Positions 1 through 8,102 of a stretch of DNA of 39,663 nucleotides are shown piece by piece. Position numbers and translations under genes: made by a program. Position 1 is the stretch's first letter. Each line of letters opens with the position of its first letter. The DNA is from an uncultured virus (IMG/VR IMGVR_UViG_3300032323_004022) (lineage: Duplodnaviria; Heunggongvirae; Uroviricota; Caudoviricetes): the IMG/VR virus record IMGVR_UViG_3300032323_004022; one strand, given 5' to 3'. Below the pieces are notes generated by a model. That model was not told the DNA's origin. It saw only the letters and a program-made list of their open reading frames with translations, and searched no databases.

Positions 1-2
1 CT

Positions 3-458
3 ATTTCTGGAGATCGTAAATTCAGCTTGTTTGCTGATGAAGATACTGATGAAACTGAAACAGTTGAAACTCCATTAGAATTACCAGAAGAAGAATTGCC
101 TGAAGAAAGAGATGAGCAGATGGGAGATGAACCTGGTCCGCCCAATCCTCTTGAAATTACTATAGATGATCCTTCTGGTGATGATAATTTTACACCTGAA
201 GATTTGCAAGACAATATTGAAAAGATTGATAATGATCCAACAGCATTGATTCAATTACCACCACTTCACGATAGATGTCATTGCGTTATTGAAACTTTAC
301 CTATTCTTTCAATGCCTGGAGTGAAAGATGGCAAGAGAGTGTGGCAAAAGAGTGATAATTGCTGCCCCAAATGTCATGAAACTGCTATAAGATTTAACGA
401 AGCAGAAATTCAAAGATTATTAAACAAAGGCATTGATGTAAATAGAATACCCGGATAG
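3..458 (+). CDS. 5'-truncated acidic protein with MuF (phage head morphogenesis)-like Cys/His motifs
   Basis: Frame is open from base 3 (ISGDRKFSLFADED...), so the true start is probably upstream of the window. An acidic linker is followed by PPLHDRCHC (cf. Phage_Mu_F PPxHxNCRC) and KRVWQKSDNCCPKC. Confidence 0.55.
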   Translation: MSGDRKFSLFADEDTDETETVETPLELPEEELPEERDEQMGDEPGPPNPLEITIDDPSGDDNFTPEDLQDNIEKIDNDPTALIQLPPLHDRCHCVIETLPILSMPGVKDGKRVWQKSDNCCPKCHETAIRFNEAEIQRLLNKGIDVNRIPG

Positions 459-992
459 ATCTACATCAATTTTCTTCTTAAGTATTTTATTATTTGGATT
501 TTTTGTTTTATTTAGGGTTGACAGCAATCTATTTTTCAATTCATTTGACAATTCAGATTTTTTAATTTCTTTTATTATTGCTGGTTTTATTTTAAATAAT
601 TCAATTTCAATGTGCAATAAATTATAAAAAATTTTTTCTTCTAATAGTTCAAAAATTTCTGAATTATGTTTTGCTTCTTGTATGGATAAACATTGAAATA
701 CATGCGAAACAAAATATTTTATCAAATTATATTTTTGTAAATTTTTTAAAGACAAATCTTCTAATTGATTAAGTACAAAAAGATGATCAGTTTCGCCAAC
801 TATTTGATGTAAGTTGCCTTCAAAATCAATAACATAAAAAGCAATAATTTTGTCATTTGAAATAATTGAGAGAATTGGTTGCCCTGATCTTAAATCAGCA
901 AACAAAATATCGCAAATGTTAGATGGATTTTCAATACCTAACATATGAACATCATTTTCTTTTCTTCTAGCAAATGTCAAATATGCTTTCAT
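420..992 (-). CDS. hypothetical protein (190 aa)
   Basis: ATG overlaps the stop of the upstream minus-strand ORF (ATGA); last of four co-oriented ORFs; no motif recognised. Confidence 0.7.
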   Translation of the reverse strand: MKAYLTFARRKENDVHMLGIENPSNICDILFADLRSGQPILSIISNDKIIAFYVIDFEGNLHQIVGETDHLFVLNQLEDLSLKNLQKYNLIKYFVSHVFQCLSIQEAKHNSEIFELLEEKIFYNLLHIEIELFKIKPAIIKEIKKSELSNELKNRLLSTLNKTKNPNNKILKKKIDVDLSGYSIYINAFV

Positions 993-1588
993 TTGATGAT
1001 AAGGTGTTCTATTAAAGTTGAATCTTTATAATTACTAGATTCACCCCAGATATTGACCCAGTAATCTATAATTTTATTTTTTCTAGCTAACAAAAAACAA
1101 GTTTCATAAATTTGATCTTCAATACTTGCTTCTTCTAACAAATAATTTACATCCTTGTTTCTTCTTTTATATGTTTCAATAATATTTTTAGAAAATTGTT
1201 CCTGATGTTCTTTTATGAAGATATAAAGACTGTCTATGTAAAATGGGTTAAGACGTATTTTGTCATAAACTACTTTTAACTGAAAATCTTCAAAAATTTC
1301 TTCTATTAGATTAATCAAGTATAGTTTTTTGTTTCTGGGTAAAAGAAATAAATCAATTGGTTTTATGCCTATCTTTTTTATGTTATCTTCATTGATCTTC
1401 TTAAAAAGATTTGGATTTAAGTTTTGACAGTTTATTAGATCATTCTCATAATTTTCAGAATATGTAAAATCGATCCAATAATGAACTGGGCTGTCAAATA
1501 AAAAAGCTCTCATACTGATAATTATTTCCAATCTATCATTTTGAGAGCATTGAGTTATTTTATTGGAAATTTCAACTAATGTATTCAA
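989..1588 (-). CDS. hypothetical protein (about 199 aa, TTG start uncertain)
   Basis: Long ORF in very AT-rich DNA, tightly packed between co-oriented neighbours; no motif recognised. Confidence 0.7.
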   Translation of the reverse strand: MNTLVEISNKITQCSQNDRLEIIISMRAFLFDSPVHYWIDFTYSENYENDLINCQNLNPNLFKKINEDNIKKIGIKPIDLFLLPRNKKLYLINLIEEIFEDFQLKVVYDKIRLNPFYIDSLYIFIKEHQEQFSKNIIETYKRRNKDVNYLLEEASIEDQIYETCFLLARKNKIIDYWVNIWGESSNYKDSTLIEHLIIK

Positions 1589-1594
1589 CTCTCA

Positions 1595-1858
1595 TTATTT
1601 TTTGCCAAATAAGTGATAAACAGCTTCAGTAATTATTGGCTGTAAACTCATTCCCTTTGAATATAATCTCACGTTAGAAATAGAACCGTAGCTTTCTTCC
1701 AAATACTTAAATAATTTTTTCAATTTTCTACTAACTTCTACTTCAGAAGGATTGTAGTTTGTTTGAAGAGCACAAAGTCTCCTGATAGCATTTTCGCCAT
1801 CAATCTTTATAATCTTCATTTCATATGTTGGATTTTGCTTGTCCGGCTCTTGATTCAT
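1595..1858 (-). CDS. hypothetical protein (87 aa)
   Basis: ATG start 2 nt after the upstream stop; operon-like packing. Confidence 0.7.
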   Translation of the reverse strand: MNQEPDKQNPTYEMKIIKIDGENAIRRLCALQTNYNPSEVEVSRKLKKLFKYLEESYGSISNVRLYSKGMSLQPIITEAVYHLFGKK

Positions 1859-1860
1859 AA

Positions 1861-2094
1861 TTATTTACTTATATCTAAATTTTGTACGTGAATTTCATTA
1901 TATGCAAAAGCTACATTTTGGCTTGGAACATTGAATAAACATATCACCATCTTTTCATCTTTGTAGATAGTATAGAAATCTTTGTTCACTATAAGAACAC
2001 CCTCAATTGGTCCTATAAGTGCGGATGGATTGTAGGTTTGAATTTTCCACTTACCACTGCCTCTATTTTGTGAATTATTATCAACTGTTGCCAT
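1861..2094 (-). CDS. hypothetical protein (77 aa)
   Basis: Strong GGAGG Shine-Dalgarno upstream of ATG on the minus strand; first gene of the leftward operon. Confidence 0.75.
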   Translation of the reverse strand: MATVDNNSQNRGSGKWKIQTYNPSALIGPIEGVLIVNKDFYTIYKDEKMVICLFNVPSQNVAFAYNEIHVQNLDISK

Positions 2095-2122
2095 ATTTTT
2101 TCCTCCAAAGCGAATATAATAT

Positions 2123-2150
2123 TATTTGCGAACTGGCATAAATCCTACCT
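2123..2150 (-). promoter_or_regulatory. candidate promoter AGGT-N17-GCAAATA for the leftward operon
   Basis: Same bipartite AGG(A/T)-N17/18-RNAAWTA pattern as at 8056-8084, 9368-9395 and 9424-9451, all upstream of minus-strand genes. Confidence 0.35.
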
Positions 2151-2161
2151 ATCTGTATAAT
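2133..2161 (+). promoter_or_regulatory. sigma70-like promoter for clpX
   Basis: CTGGCA-N17-TATAAT (4/6 match at -35, perfect -10); GAGGG SD follows before ATG 2179. Confidence 0.55.
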
Positions 2162-2178
2162 ATTTTAGAGGGAAACAT

Positions 2179-3531
2179 ATGAATAAGAAGACATTGATTC
2201 ACGCCTGTAATTTTTGCGATAGACCTGCTACTAAAGATGTTCTAGGCGAATTAGAAATATTTGAGCAGAGAATAGCAAAAATTCATCTCTGTGATCAATG
2301 TTTTAAGAGCTACAAAACTGGCAATAAGTTTGGTCAACTTCAAATACATCAAAATATTATGTCTTTGATTATTAATTCAGAAGATGAAGCCCCTGTCATA
2401 AGCCTGAAAGAAAAATTGGCTGAAGTTGCTCCATTATCTAAAAAGTTTTTATTTGAAAAGAGATTAAGCACTTTTAAGAAAGTTGCTCCACAAGATCTAT
2501 TTGACAACTTAAATCAAAAAGTTGTTGGTCAAGAAAATGCCAAAAAAAGAATCAGTATTGCAGTTTTTGAACATATGAGAAATATTGTTCACCATAAACT
2601 AAATGACAAACAAAATATACTATTTTTAGGCCCTTCTGGTAGTGGTAAGACATTGATCGTCAACACTATTTCTAACTACCTTGATGTTCCCTATGTTTCT
2701 GGCGATGCTACATCTTTTTCACCTACAGGATTTCAAGGATCTGATGCTGATTCTTGTATTACTGATCTTTTGATTAAGGCAAATGGTGAACCTGGCTTGG
2801 CAGAAAAGGGTGTAGTTTTTATTGATGAAATTGATAAGCTCGCATCCAATATGAGTGCTGCAACTAGACTTGAGAGTTTTCATTATTCAACACAGAGTAC
2901 ATTATTAAAGTTGATTGAAGGCAAAAAAGTCAAAGTTAGCTCATCTGCTCTTGGTGAACAAGGAACACCGCCTATTGTAGTAGATACATCTAGTGTACTG
3001 TTTTGTTTTGGTGGTGCCTTCAATGGTTTGGAAAAAATTGTAGCTAAAAAACTTGGTTTGACAGAAGGCACTATTGGTTTCAGAAACACCAAAACTGCTG
3101 ATTATGACTCACAAATCAAAAACTATGAAATTTACAATCAGGCTTCTCATGAAATCTTGTCTGAAAGCTTGATTGAATATGGCATGTCAACTGAATTTGT
3201 AGGAAGAATCCAGTCTATTGTTCCTTTGGTTCCATTATCAAAAGAACAGATGCTTTATTGTCTTCTGCAATTAGAAGATTCTCCTATCATTAGAAATCAA
3301 ATTATGTTTGCTGAATCTAATATAAAGCTTGAATTTGATGAAAATTATTATAACGAAGTAGTAGAAAAGGCTATCAAATCAGGCACAGGAACAAGAGCTT
3401 TGAACTCAATTGTGAAAGCATCTATCTCTGCTGCAGCTTTTGAATTATTAGGCTTAAATCACCCTGAACCAAAGAAAGTTTTTATTGGCAAAGAATGTGT
3501 TTCTAATCCTGATGCTTTTATAGTGGAATAA
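2179..3531 (+). CDS. clpX: ClpX-like ATP-dependent Clp protease ATP-binding subunit (AAA+)
   Basis: N-terminal C4 zinc motif (CNFC...CDQC), VVGQENAKK, Walker A GPSGSGKT, Walker B VFIDEIDK, LLKLIEG, FGGAFNGL, IGF loop, EFVGRI (Arg finger), GTRAL (sensor 2). Confidence 0.93.
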   Translation: MNKKTLIHACNFCDRPATKDVLGELEIFEQRIAKIHLCDQCFKSYKTGNKFGQLQIHQNIMSLIINSEDEAPVISLKEKLAEVAPLSKKFLFEKRLSTFKKVAPQDLFDNLNQKVVGQENAKKRISIAVFEHMRNIVHHKLNDKQNILFLGPSGSGKTLIVNTISNYLDVPYVSGDATSFSPTGFQGSDADSCITDLLIKANGEPGLAEKGVVFIDEIDKLASNMSAATRLESFHYSTQSTLLKLIEGKKVKVSSSALGEQGTPPIVVDTSSVLFCFGGAFNGLEKIVAKKLGLTEGTIGFRNTKTADYDSQIKNYEIYNQASHEILSESLIEYGMSTEFVGRIQSIVPLVPLSKEQMLYCLLQLEDSPIIRNQIMFAESNIKLEFDENYYNEVVEKAIKSGTGTRALNSIVKASISAAAFELLGLNHPEPKKVFIGKECVSNPDAFIVE

Positions 3532-3566
3532 AGGGTGTAGGAAATTATTTTCAGTAATTTATTATT

Positions 3567-4112
3567 ATGGAAAACAATGATAAACAATTAATTGATCAAG
3601 CATTAAGCTTTATGAATGAGAATAACAGATTTGCGATGAAAACTATCACAAAAAATTCTGTTTCAAGATCGAATTTTTATAAATTGTCAGCAGAACTATC
3701 TGAACAGACATTAAGAGATGTTGAAGATTCTGAAACACTTGTTGAACCATCTACAAAACCATATACCCCTGTAATAGATTTTAAGGGTTTAGTGGATGAT
3801 GAAAATCCCGAAGGTAAATCTAAAGATGAATCTGAAGAAAAATCTGAAGACAAGTCCAAAGATGAGTCTGAAGACAAGTCTGAAGACAAGTCTAAAGATA
3901 AGTTTAGAAAAGAACGTAAGAAAACATTTTATCAAAGATTAAAAGAATGGACAGAAAAAAAGCAAGCTAAAGCAATTATGGATTTATATGGCATCGATGT
4001 CAGTGGTATGAAGCCTGAAGAGATTGCAGATATACTAGAGACAAGATATTCTCCAGGACCAAGTTTTCCTAAGTCTAATATATTAAACACTAATCTTGGA
4101 AAAGACAGATAA
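3567..4112 (+). CDS. hypothetical protein with charged EDKS tetrapeptide repeats
   Basis: 181-aa ORF; TAATG coupling to the next gene. Confidence 0.75.
   Translation: MENNDKQLIDQALSFMNENNRFAMKTITKNSVSRSNFYKLSAELSEQTLRDVEDSETLVEPSTKPYTPVIDFKGLVDDENPEGKSKDESEEKSEDKSKDESEDKSEDKSKDKFRKERKKTFYQRLKEWTEKKQAKAIMDLYGIDVSGMKPEEIADILETRYSPGPSFPKSNILNTNLGKDR
3810..3902 (+). repeat. in-frame 12-bp tandem repeat with a 36-bp higher-order unit
   Basis: Encodes EGKS KDES EEKS EDKS KDES EDKS EDKS KDK; tctgaagacaag recurs. Confidence 0.85.
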
Positions 4113-4927
4113 TGAATTCATTGACCAAAACAGCTCAAATGTCTGCTTTGCTTGGTTCAATATTTGGCGCACCAGGTAATCTTAAAGCATCAACTGACTG
4201 GATAGAAGAGTTACTAAACCCTGAAGCTATAACAAAAAATGCAGTATTTTTTGCTGCACTTTTTCAAAATTTTAGAACAAGATACAATCCAACAGCTTTT
4301 TATCATGTTTTAGAAATGGATCAAAGTAGAGGATATGAAGCAAAAGACCCATACACTGGTGCAACTTTAACTGATCCACTGACTGGAGAGCCAATGCTTG
4401 AGAAAGGTAAACCTTTGAGATTTCAAGCATCCCAAGGTCATTTAGAAGAATTTGATTATAATAAACTTCAAAATGAAATAAATGCAATCCCAGCGAAAAA
4501 AGGTGGAGTTACTACAGAACATCAATTTTCAGAGCTTAAGCCTAAAAATGATATGCCCATGTTTGTCAAGAAAAACATTACAATTAATGAAGATTCTCCA
4601 GAATATAAGCAAATGTTTAAGGATTTGTATCCTGGAGTGACCCAGCCAGCCAAAGCTCATCATAATAAACCTTTTGTCAAAGTTGCTCAAAATCAATCAA
4701 GCCCAAAGCAAGAAAATATTCAAAAAATAAAACAATTAACGCCTAAATGGGATATGAATACCATGATTGCAGATCTTGACAATATTGCTCAAGTTGCACA
4801 AAGTCAACAATTAACCCCTGAACAAATTTCATTACAAGTACAGAATAAACTTAAACAATATAGAGATAATATCAAGCCTTTACACGATTACTTGGAGAAA
4901 AATGGCTTTGGACAAAAAACTAAATAA
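4112..4927 (+). CDS. hypothetical protein (271 aa), possible head-associated protein
   Basis: Long coupled ORF; KTAQ near the N-terminus and KVAQ internally; DPxTG twice; Q/K-rich helical C-terminus. Function is inference only. Confidence 0.7.
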   Translation: MNSLTKTAQMSALLGSIFGAPGNLKASTDWIEELLNPEAITKNAVFFAALFQNFRTRYNPTAFYHVLEMDQSRGYEAKDPYTGATLTDPLTGEPMLEKGKPLRFQASQGHLEEFDYNKLQNEINAIPAKKGGVTTEHQFSELKPKNDMPMFVKKNITINEDSPEYKQMFKDLYPGVTQPAKAHHNKPFVKVAQNQSSPKQENIQKIKQLTPKWDMNTMIADLDNIAQVAQSQQLTPEQISLQVQNKLKQYRDNIKPLHDYLEKNGFGQKTK

Positions 4928-5651
4928 CCTTATAAAGGTTGCAAATAAATTAGATGAATCTGGTAATTTTAGATTATCAGATAAGATTGATCATTTAATT
5001 AAAACATCCCAAGCTGTGGGTATCCAAACCCCAGTAGATTATAAAACTGTAAGACCAAGTGGAAATGTACCAGCTCTCGGTTTATTTGAAAACTTAAAAG
5101 ACAGCTCATTTGGCTATCAATTAGCAGGTGGTCAATATGATGCACAAGCTCCAGGGAAATTTTCTGGTCCTGATGCTGTATTGGTTCAAAAAACATTGAC
5201 ACCTTCAGAATATGCAGCTATGGAAAAAAATGATCCTGAAGGCTTAGCAAGATTACAGATGCAAGAAGGATTAAGAGCTCAACAGTATTTAGCGCAATCT
5301 GGGGCTTCATTTGCAAATCTTGGTAAAATAATTTCTCAATGGTTAGGTCCAGGAGTTAGCCAAGCAAAAAAAGATTCTTTCAAGAATTATGTATTGCCAA
5401 ATGTATTTTCTTCTATGGTATCAACAATTCTTTCTAATACACCTGTCAAAGAATGGGATAAAAAGATTAAGGATTTAGAAACCACTGCATCAAGTTCATC
5501 TCCTCAATATGCCTCTTATATTGGTGGTGCAGTTAAAGAATCTGTAAGAAAAACTTTAGAAAATATGAAATTCCAAAATGCTGTCAAATATCAGCAGTTT
5601 ATGAGAGATCCAAATTTCAAAGAATTTACAAGAAGACAAAATTTAATCTAG
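4902..5651 (+). CDS. hypothetical protein (249 aa) with helical N-terminal leader motif
   Basis: GGAG SD before ATG; N-terminus LIKVANKLDESGNFRLSDKIDHLIKT aligns without gaps to ORF 7445-7720. Confidence 0.75.
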   Translation: MALDKKLNNLIKVANKLDESGNFRLSDKIDHLIKTSQAVGIQTPVDYKTVRPSGNVPALGLFENLKDSSFGYQLAGGQYDAQAPGKFSGPDAVLVQKTLTPSEYAAMEKNDPEGLARLQMQEGLRAQQYLAQSGASFANLGKIISQWLGPGVSQAKKDSFKNYVLPNVFSSMVSTILSNTPVKEWDKKIKDLETTASSSSPQYASYIGGAVKESVRKTLENMKFQNAVKYQQFMRDPNFKEFTRRQNLI

Positions 5652-5661
5652 TCTGTATAAT
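5633..5661 (+). promoter_or_regulatory. sigma70-like promoter, probably giving a leaderless mRNA
   Basis: AAGACA-N17-TATAAT; TCTGTATAAT is identical to 2152-2161; ATG 5668 lies 6 nt after the -10 box with no SD. Confidence 0.5.
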
Positions 5662-5667
5662 TCTGAT

Positions 5668-6411
5668 ATGTCAGAATTATGCCCAGTTTATTTATCTTCT
5701 GGTGATTGTTTAGTAAAAGTATTATCAAACCCAAGATTATCTTCATTTATCTCCAAAATTCAGCTTGATGTTGTAGTAGAATCTTGGGGCAAAGATTGTC
5801 AAGGTGATCGCAATTTATGCACTTTTAAGCATAAAATTGAAGAACAATCTGCACCAACTCCAGAGCCAGAACCAGAGCCAATTGTTGATACTAGAACAAA
5901 AATTAGTATTCATAAAATAGAAAATCCATATCTAGTTAAAGCTGATGTTTTGGTATACCCTACTAATATTGGTCTTACTATTGATGACCCACTCTTGAAT
6001 AAAATGTCCCGTGGTGTTGTTCAAAATGAGCTTGACAGATTTCAGAAGCCTATTAATATGGGAACTGTTTACATCACTTCAAACGGTGGTGAAAATTCTA
6101 AAGTCAAAGCTAGAAAAATTTATCACGCTACAGTATCTGGAGAAAGTAGACTTGTTAACGAAGTGGATCTCAAATCTGCAATGAGAAAAGCTTTGTTTTT
6201 AGCAGATGAAGAGCAAGCCAGAAATGTACTCTTCATACCTGCTGATTGTGGCACTCACGATATCAATGATGCTGCTAGAGTTCAATTAGCTGCTATCAAA
6301 ACCTATTTGCAATCAGCCAAAGAGTCAAATATTAAGAATATTTTTATCGTAATGGAAGACGAGGAAAGTTATCAAGTTTACGAAGAATATTACAATAGAA
6401 TCTTTTCTTGA
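5668..6411 (+). CDS. macrodomain (Appr-1-p processing family) protein, degenerate, with Cys-containing N-terminal extension
   Basis: KADVLVYPTN (cf. DAIVNAAN), MGTVYITSNG...KARKIYHATV (cf. G.A..T.AG.L.AK.VIHAV), NVLFIPADCG, IKNIFIV strand; PTPEPEPEP linker after about 60 aa. Confidence 0.75.
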   Translation: MSELCPVYLSSGDCLVKVLSNPRLSSFISKIQLDVVVESWGKDCQGDRNLCTFKHKIEEQSAPTPEPEPEPIVDTRTKISIHKIENPYLVKADVLVYPTNIGLTIDDPLLNKMSRGVVQNELDRFQKPINMGTVYITSNGGENSKVKARKIYHATVSGESRLVNEVDLKSAMRKALFLADEEQARNVLFIPADCGTHDINDAARVQLAAIKTYLQSAKESNIKNIFIVMEDEESYQVYEEYYNRIFS

Positions 6412-6422
6412 GGCATAAATGA

Positions 6423-6749
6423 ATGGAACAAAATATAGAATGCAATAACCCATCGAATCTAATTTGTGGTCTTCTTGATACCTTTAGTTGTGCAGCTTAT
6501 ATTTTAGATGACAATAAAAACCTGATAATGAATGACAAGGCACGAGAACTTTTTTTGAAAGGCTTTGACATTAAAAATTATTTATCAGCTTCATACATTC
6601 AATTTAGAGACCAAAGATATAGTTTAAAACAAAAAGATATAAATCACGGCACAAAAAGCAAATTATTTATTCTTGAAACTGTAGATGACACTATTGTAAA
6701 ACTTTCCGAATCCTCAAAAAAATTACGACAAGTTCTATCTGCTCTTTAA
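6423..6749 (+). CDS. small stand-alone PAS-like domain protein
   Basis: LLDTFSCAAYILDDNKNLIMNDKARELF matches the PAS N-terminal pattern; short C-terminal helix; GAGG SD. Confidence 0.5.
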   Translation: MEQNIECNNPSNLICGLLDTFSCAAYILDDNKNLIMNDKARELFLKGFDIKNYLSASYIQFRDQRYSLKQKDINHGTKSKLFILETVDDTIVKLSESSKKLRQVLSAL

Positions 6750-6762
6750 TTGGAGGATAAAA

Positions 6763-7218
6763 ATGCAAGATAACGAAGTCGGATTAGAACAACTTAAGAG
6801 CGTATATAAAGCACAGACAGAGGCATATTTAGATTTCAATATGGCTCTTATCAATATTCTTACAAATCAGAAAGAAATATTGACCCGTGTAGAATCTTTA
6901 AAAATTTTATCTGAAGATGAATTTAAAAAACTTTCTAAAGACTATGCAGTTTTAGAAAAAATGTTTGAAAATTTCCAAACAGCTCAAATTAAAAGAGATG
7001 CTGATATAGAAGAAGCAACCCTAGAATACACAGCTCAAATTTCTGATTTTGGCTCTGATATTTCTGAAGTAAAAGAAGATATCAAGAGTATGAAGAAAAT
7101 CTATTGGGATGTAAAAAACACAATAAATAGAATTATGTGGACAATTGGTGGAGTTATTGCGTTCCTTACTGTACTTCAATTATTTACTGGCAAAACTGTA
7201 TCGGATTTTGTAAAGTAA
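6763..7218 (+). CDS. coiled-coil protein with a single C-terminal transmembrane helix
   Basis: GGAGG SD; E/K/L-rich heptad region, then IMWTIGGVIAFLTVLQLF. Confidence 0.75.
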   Translation: MQDNEVGLEQLKSVYKAQTEAYLDFNMALINILTNQKEILTRVESLKILSEDEFKKLSKDYAVLEKMFENFQTAQIKRDADIEEATLEYTAQISDFGSDISEVKEDIKSMKKIYWDVKNTINRIMWTIGGVIAFLTVLQLFTGKTVSDFVK

Positions 7219-7448
7219 TGCCAACTGTAGCTTGTTATTGTGAAAAATGTGGGCAAAGTTTTTTCTTAAAAGATGAACTATATTTGCCTGGTTTGAAAAA
7301 TAGATTTCAATTTACCCGCCCAGAAAAGAAAGAATTAAAAACCTGGGATGATTATGTTATGCATATTTCAACAAATTGTGAAGATTGCAGAGTAAAAGAA
7401 GTGCCTGAATCTTGTTTAGAAGATTACAAAAAACATAAATATCATTAA
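7218..7448 (+). CDS. small zinc-binding protein (76 aa)
   Basis: ATG at 7218 overlaps the preceding TAA (TAATG) and is preferred over the track start 7137; CEKC...CEDC pairs. Confidence 0.7.
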   Translation: MPTVACYCEKCGQSFFLKDELYLPGLKNRFQFTRPEKKELKTWDDYVMHISTNCEDCRVKEVPESCLEDYKKHKYH

Positions 7449-7720
7449 GCTGATTTTATTATCCCATCTATACTATTTCTGATATCATTTATGCTTTGTG
7501 GGGATAAATTATTTCCGACAAATTTTAGGTTATTATCAAGATTCAAATGATATAAAACTCCACCTATAATATCGTCCATTTCTGAAATAATATCAGCATT
7601 GGAAAAAATTACATCTGGGCTAGCTTGTGTTCTCATAGCGTCAGCAAGATTTGTGGCTTCCTCTTCGAATCCATTTTGTTCTAATTCTTGCACTAATTGA
7701 GCTAATTTGCTATAATTCAT
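7445..7720 (-). CDS. hypothetical protein (91 aa) with helical N-terminal leader motif
   Basis: TAATG-coupled to the upstream gene; LAQLVQELEQNGFEEEATNLADAMRT aligns to ORF 4902-5651. Confidence 0.7.
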   Translation of the reverse strand: MNYSKLAQLVQELEQNGFEEEATNLADAMRTQASPDVIFSNADIISEMDDIIGGVLYHLNLDNNLKFVGNNLSPQSINDIRNSIDGIIKSA

Positions 7721-8022
7721 TAGTCTGCCTTAAAGATCTCTGAGAAAAGATTGTCAATATAATCATTTTTTGAAGCATTGACTGTTTTTTCTGTGAGTTG
7801 TTTTTGAATTTGAGGAGGTAAACACGAAATACAAACTTTCTTACCAACACGATCTTGTTGCCAGTTTGCGTATTCTACATATTGTGGCAAGTAGAAAAAC
7901 AAGCCACTATTCATAGGTACTTCTGCCATACAAACTTCGCACTGACGCATTAGATTAATCTTTTGCTTTGGCGCATTTTGTGAGACGGTGTGATAAGATT
8001 TCATTGAGTCGATTGGGTTCAT
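7720..8022 (-). CDS. small zinc-finger protein (about 100 aa)
   Basis: CEVC...CISC; ATG at 8022 with GGA upstream is preferred over the track TTG at 8034. Confidence 0.7.
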   Translation of the reverse strand: MNPIDSMKSYHTVSQNAPKQKINLMRQCEVCMAEVPMNSGLFFYLPQYVEYANWQQDRVGKKVCISCLPPQIQKQLTEKTVNASKNDYIDNLFSEIFKAD

Positions 8023-8055
8023 ATGTATTTCCAAAAAATAAAAAACACTATAATC

Positions 8056-8084
8056 TAATTATAAAAAGTTTCAAGTGATTTCCT
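8056..8084 (-). promoter_or_regulatory. candidate promoter AGGA-N18-ATAATTA
   Basis: Recurrent bipartite motif; also contains TATAAT on the minus strand, so a sigma70 -10 box is an alternative reading. Confidence 0.35.
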
Positions 8085-8102
8085 GCTTGAAATGAAAAGG
8101 AG

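Noticed and set aside
1572..1595. Frameshift or alternative start at the TAATG overlap before ORF 989-1588
   Set aside because: The coupled ATG opens only a 7-codon frame (MRVEYIS); no slippery site or homology evidence favours it over the TTG start.
6763..7218. Holin call
   Set aside because: A single C-terminal TM helix is compatible but not diagnostic, and the gene is not adjacent to the transglycosylase.
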